Assembly (NCBI GenBank): GCA_951812855.1 | Contig: OX638337.1 | Span: forward strand, 1,830,001-1,862,000 | Reading direction: 5' to 3' | Length of the DNA: 32,000 nt | From: an uncultured Lentisphaeria bacterium | Lineage (GTDB): Bacteria > Verrucomicrobiota > Lentisphaeria > JABSQK01 > JAJFLO01 | Shown here: positions 29,923-32,000 of the stretch, one piece after another | Layout of the letters: each line of letters begins with the position of its first letter | Position numbering within the stretch: position 1 is the stretch's first letter | Position numbers and translations under genes: made by a program | The notes under the pieces: model-generated | Seen by the model: the letters and a program-made list of their open reading frames with translations, nothing else | The model's database searches: none | Told to the model about the DNA's origin: nothing

Positions 29923-30942
29923 TTACGCCAGCACCTCCTCGATAAGTTGTTCAGCTTGCGGGATCCGGAGTTCTCCGGAAATGAGCTTCGGGAGAAGGAC
30001 ATCGCGAAGATTCGCTAGGGTTTTGTTTTCATTCGAATGGCTGCCCGCTTTCGCGAAAGCGGGAACGCCGAGTTCATCAAATTTAGCCAATACATTTCTA
30101 CCTTGGGGGAGAGCGAGATGGTAGCTGTCAAAACATGAATTGTGGACTCTTTGACGTCCTGATGAGCCGATCATGCTCTGCTCGCAATGCTTTCTGAAAT
30201 TCGAATCTCTCGCAAGACAAGCAATGAATGCCGTGCTCAAATCACCTTCGCTTCGAAAAACAATGAACTCGGTTGATCCAAATCCGACTGGATTCGCATC
30301 CGTTAAGAAATCGACTACTCCAGTCTTACCATTTTCAAGGCACGGAGTAATTCTTGCCAAGAGAACATCGCCATTTTGGAATTTTGCCCCACCAGAATAA
30401 GCCTTGTCAATTACTCCATCGATTGCGTAGCCGGACGTAGGAAGTGCTTTCATATCAGCAAATGGAGCAATATCTCCCTTCTTGAGCTTCGTCGGTGGAT
30501 TGATGCTTATTGCTTTTGAAATAGTCATGACGTCCCACCCCTCGGGAATCCAGCCGAGTTGTTCGGTGAACTCGAAGGCGGCGGGGAAAAGAGAATGATG
30601 AGTGCTAAGTGATGAATGATGAGAGGAGGAGTTTTCTGATTCAGCATTCAGCATTCTTAATTCAGCCTTCGCCTGCAATGCAGGCGGTATCGGATTGCCG
30701 GCGGCGATGGCATTGTCGATCACCGGGTCAAAGTCCACAAACCAGCTCTTGAAAAATGCCTGTGCCATCCCTTCGAGCGTCGCATTCATCCGGTTATTCA
30801 ACTCAATCTTGTCATCCAGTGATCCCAGGATGTGAGCAATCGCTTTCTGCTCGGGGAGAGGTGGGAGGGTTAGCTCGATGCTTTTGAGGGATGTTAAAGC
30901 GTCTCCGAATCTGTTTCCACTTGTAGCGTGGATGGGTGTCTG
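29923..30942 (-). pseudogene. hsdS: Type I restriction-modification specificity subunit HsdS, 5'-truncated (TRD1 missing; central conserved region + TRD2 + C-terminal conserved region retained)
   Basis: The frame is open from 30942 with no ATG: QTPIHATSGNRFGDALTSLKSIELTLPPLPEQKAIAHILGSLDDKIELNNRMNATLEGMAQAFFKSWFVDFDPV... This is the end of TRD1 plus the central conserved helix. A TRD follows (GWIPEGW...LLARITPCLENGKTG...GSTEFIVF), then the distal conserved region (LANLRDVLLPKLISGELRI). The frame opens only 50 nt downstream of the preceding gene's stop. Confidence 0.8.
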
Positions 30943-30991
30943 CTATCAAGATGGGTATGTTGTTTACGTTCTCTTTTAACTTAGACGATTT

Positions 30992-32000
30992 TTATGAAAT
31001 CTCGTCTATCCAGTCTGATGGCTTGCCAGTAAAACGATTCAATAGCGGCGGGAGATTAGGACGTTGCCCATTAAAATAATCTTCTACTGAAAAAATCTGT
31101 ATTTTTGGGTAATTGCGGCCTTCAACTTCTATATTTTCTTGAGCGGCCGCACTGCGTATTTGCTTAGTAATCAGCGCATTTTTCATTACCACAAAAACAC
31201 CAAATGTTGCTTTCTCGCTGTTTATTGCACCAATAAAATCGCGTATATCGGCTGGTTTGATATTGCTTCCACCCTTTATCTGCGCTAAAACTGTTTTACG
31301 CTCCTCGTCTGGTTGGTTAGTAATAACATAGCCTTTGCCGTCCACACCGCGATCTCCCGTTTGCTTTTTATTCGGTGTAAGTCCAGTGATTTTTGCCACC
31401 GCCCAAGCCTCAAATTGAAAAGGATTGCGCTTAAATAAATCCCGAGCCGATGCCATATCATGAGGTGCGCCTTTTATGGTAAGCGTCTCGCCAAATCTGG
31501 CTTTATAGCCATCTTCGATAATAGCAATCGCAATATGCGTAATATCAATGCCGATGAATTGTCGCCGATTGTTACTGCTGCCATTCCCTTCAACATCACG
31601 GCAAACCCGAATTGTAGTACCACAACCGCAATAAGGGTCAAGTACGACATCGCCGGGGTTAGAGCTGACTTTGATAAATTGCCGCAATAACGCTTCCGGC
31701 TTTTGCGTATCATAGCCTAGGTACTCTTTATCTTTACCTTTGCTGTAATTAGTAAAGCCAGTGGGTGATAAGATCAAGTTTTGAGCAGGCTTTTTAGTAT
31801 CGGCCTGAGCGTAGCGTTTTAAGCCCGGCCATTTACCGTTTTTGGGATGATGGATAAGCCCGGCTTCATCCAAAGCATCCAAACGCTCATGAATCCCTTT
31901 TATTTGATCATAATGGGGAATAAAGTTGTCTTTTATGTAATCGGCATATTGCCCTTTGCCGATCTTGGGCACTGACCAGCAACGACCCATGGCAAACACA
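30992..32000 (-). CDS. DNA methyltransferase (N4/N6, beta-class motif order) fused to a C-terminal Mrr-like PD-(D/E)xK restriction-endonuclease-fold domain; N-terminus outside the window
   Basis: GYDTQKPEALLRQFIKVSSNPGDVVLDPYCGCGTT (TxKP block plus AdoMet motif I) is followed by FIGIDI. The C-terminal part is FQFEAWAVAKITG...GDRGVDGKGY...VLAQIKGG...IRDFIGAI...ATFGVFV, giving a D...Q.K arrangement as in Mrr_cat domains. The catalytic DPPY-type motif is expected upstream, beyond nt 32000. Confidence 0.8.
   Translation of the reverse strand, partial: VFAMGRCWSVPKIGKGQYADYIKDNFIPHYDQIKGIHERLDALDEAGLIHHPKNGKWPGLKRYAQADTKKPAQNLILSPTGFTNYSKGKDKEYLGYDTQKPEALLRQFIKVSSNPGDVVLDPYCGCGTTIRVCRDVEGNGSSNNRRQFIGIDITHIAIAIIEDGYKARFGETLTIKGAPHDMASARDLFKRNPFQFEAWAVAKITGLTPNKKQTGDRGVDGKGYVITNQPDEERKTVLAQIKGGSNIKPADIRDFIGAINSEKATFGVFVVMKNALITKQIRSAAAQENIEVEGRNYPKIQIFSVEDYFNGQRPNLPPLLNRFTGKPSDWIDEIS

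Noticed and set aside
29797-30400. Plus-strand ORFs 29797-30018, 29906-30124 and 30173-30400.
   Set aside because: They are antisense to the well-supported hsdS frame in GC-richer DNA, where long shadow ORFs are expected. No motifs are present.
30641-30656. Tandem 7-nt repeat TCAGCAT x2 (and nearby GAATGATGAG x2) inside the hsdS central region, considered as a phase-variation tract.
   Set aside because: There are only two copies of each. That is too short for slipped-strand switching, and the gene is already 5'-truncated.

Overview
Low-GC bacterial chromosome segment, about 39% G+C by hand spot counts; I cannot assign a taxon from sequence alone. Positions 1-18715 are a tightly packed, all plus-strand core array: tuf (5' end off-window), rpmG, tRNA-Trp, secE, nusG, rplK, rplA, rplJ, rplL, rpoB, rpoC, rpsL, rpsG, fusA, rpsJ, rplC, rplD, rplW, rplB, rpsS. 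The S10 cluster stops abruptly after rpsS, with no rplV or rpsC anywhere in the window. Positions 18.7-20.4 kb hold a patch of decayed accessory DNA: a convergent small 4-TM protein gene; an orphan RHS C-terminal tip whose upstream core has in-frame stops; a multiply frameshifted tyrosine-integrase N-terminal remnant joined directly to the RHS remnant; and a tRNA 3'-half look-alike. Ordinary genes follow: COX15/CtaA-family, Prc/Tsp-like S41 protease, DUF368 membrane protein, mnmG, and on the minus strand thiE, thiG and a stand-alone fabD-like acyltransferase. From about 29.7 kb to the window end the sequence becomes GC-richer (about 47-49% by hand counts) and looks foreign. At its left junction a SixA-like gene is truncated and carries active-site substitutions. 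Inside the block are an unassigned fragment, a 5'-truncated type I hsdS with no hsdM or hsdR nearby, and a beta-class DNA methyltransferase fused to a Mrr-like PD-(D/E)xK domain that runs off the window. I found no CRISPR array, rRNA or intact transposase. I do not see a complete, clearly novel system. The best leads are the RHS tip plus adjacent membrane protein (possible toxin/immunity remnant) and the mosaic restriction-modification block at the right end.
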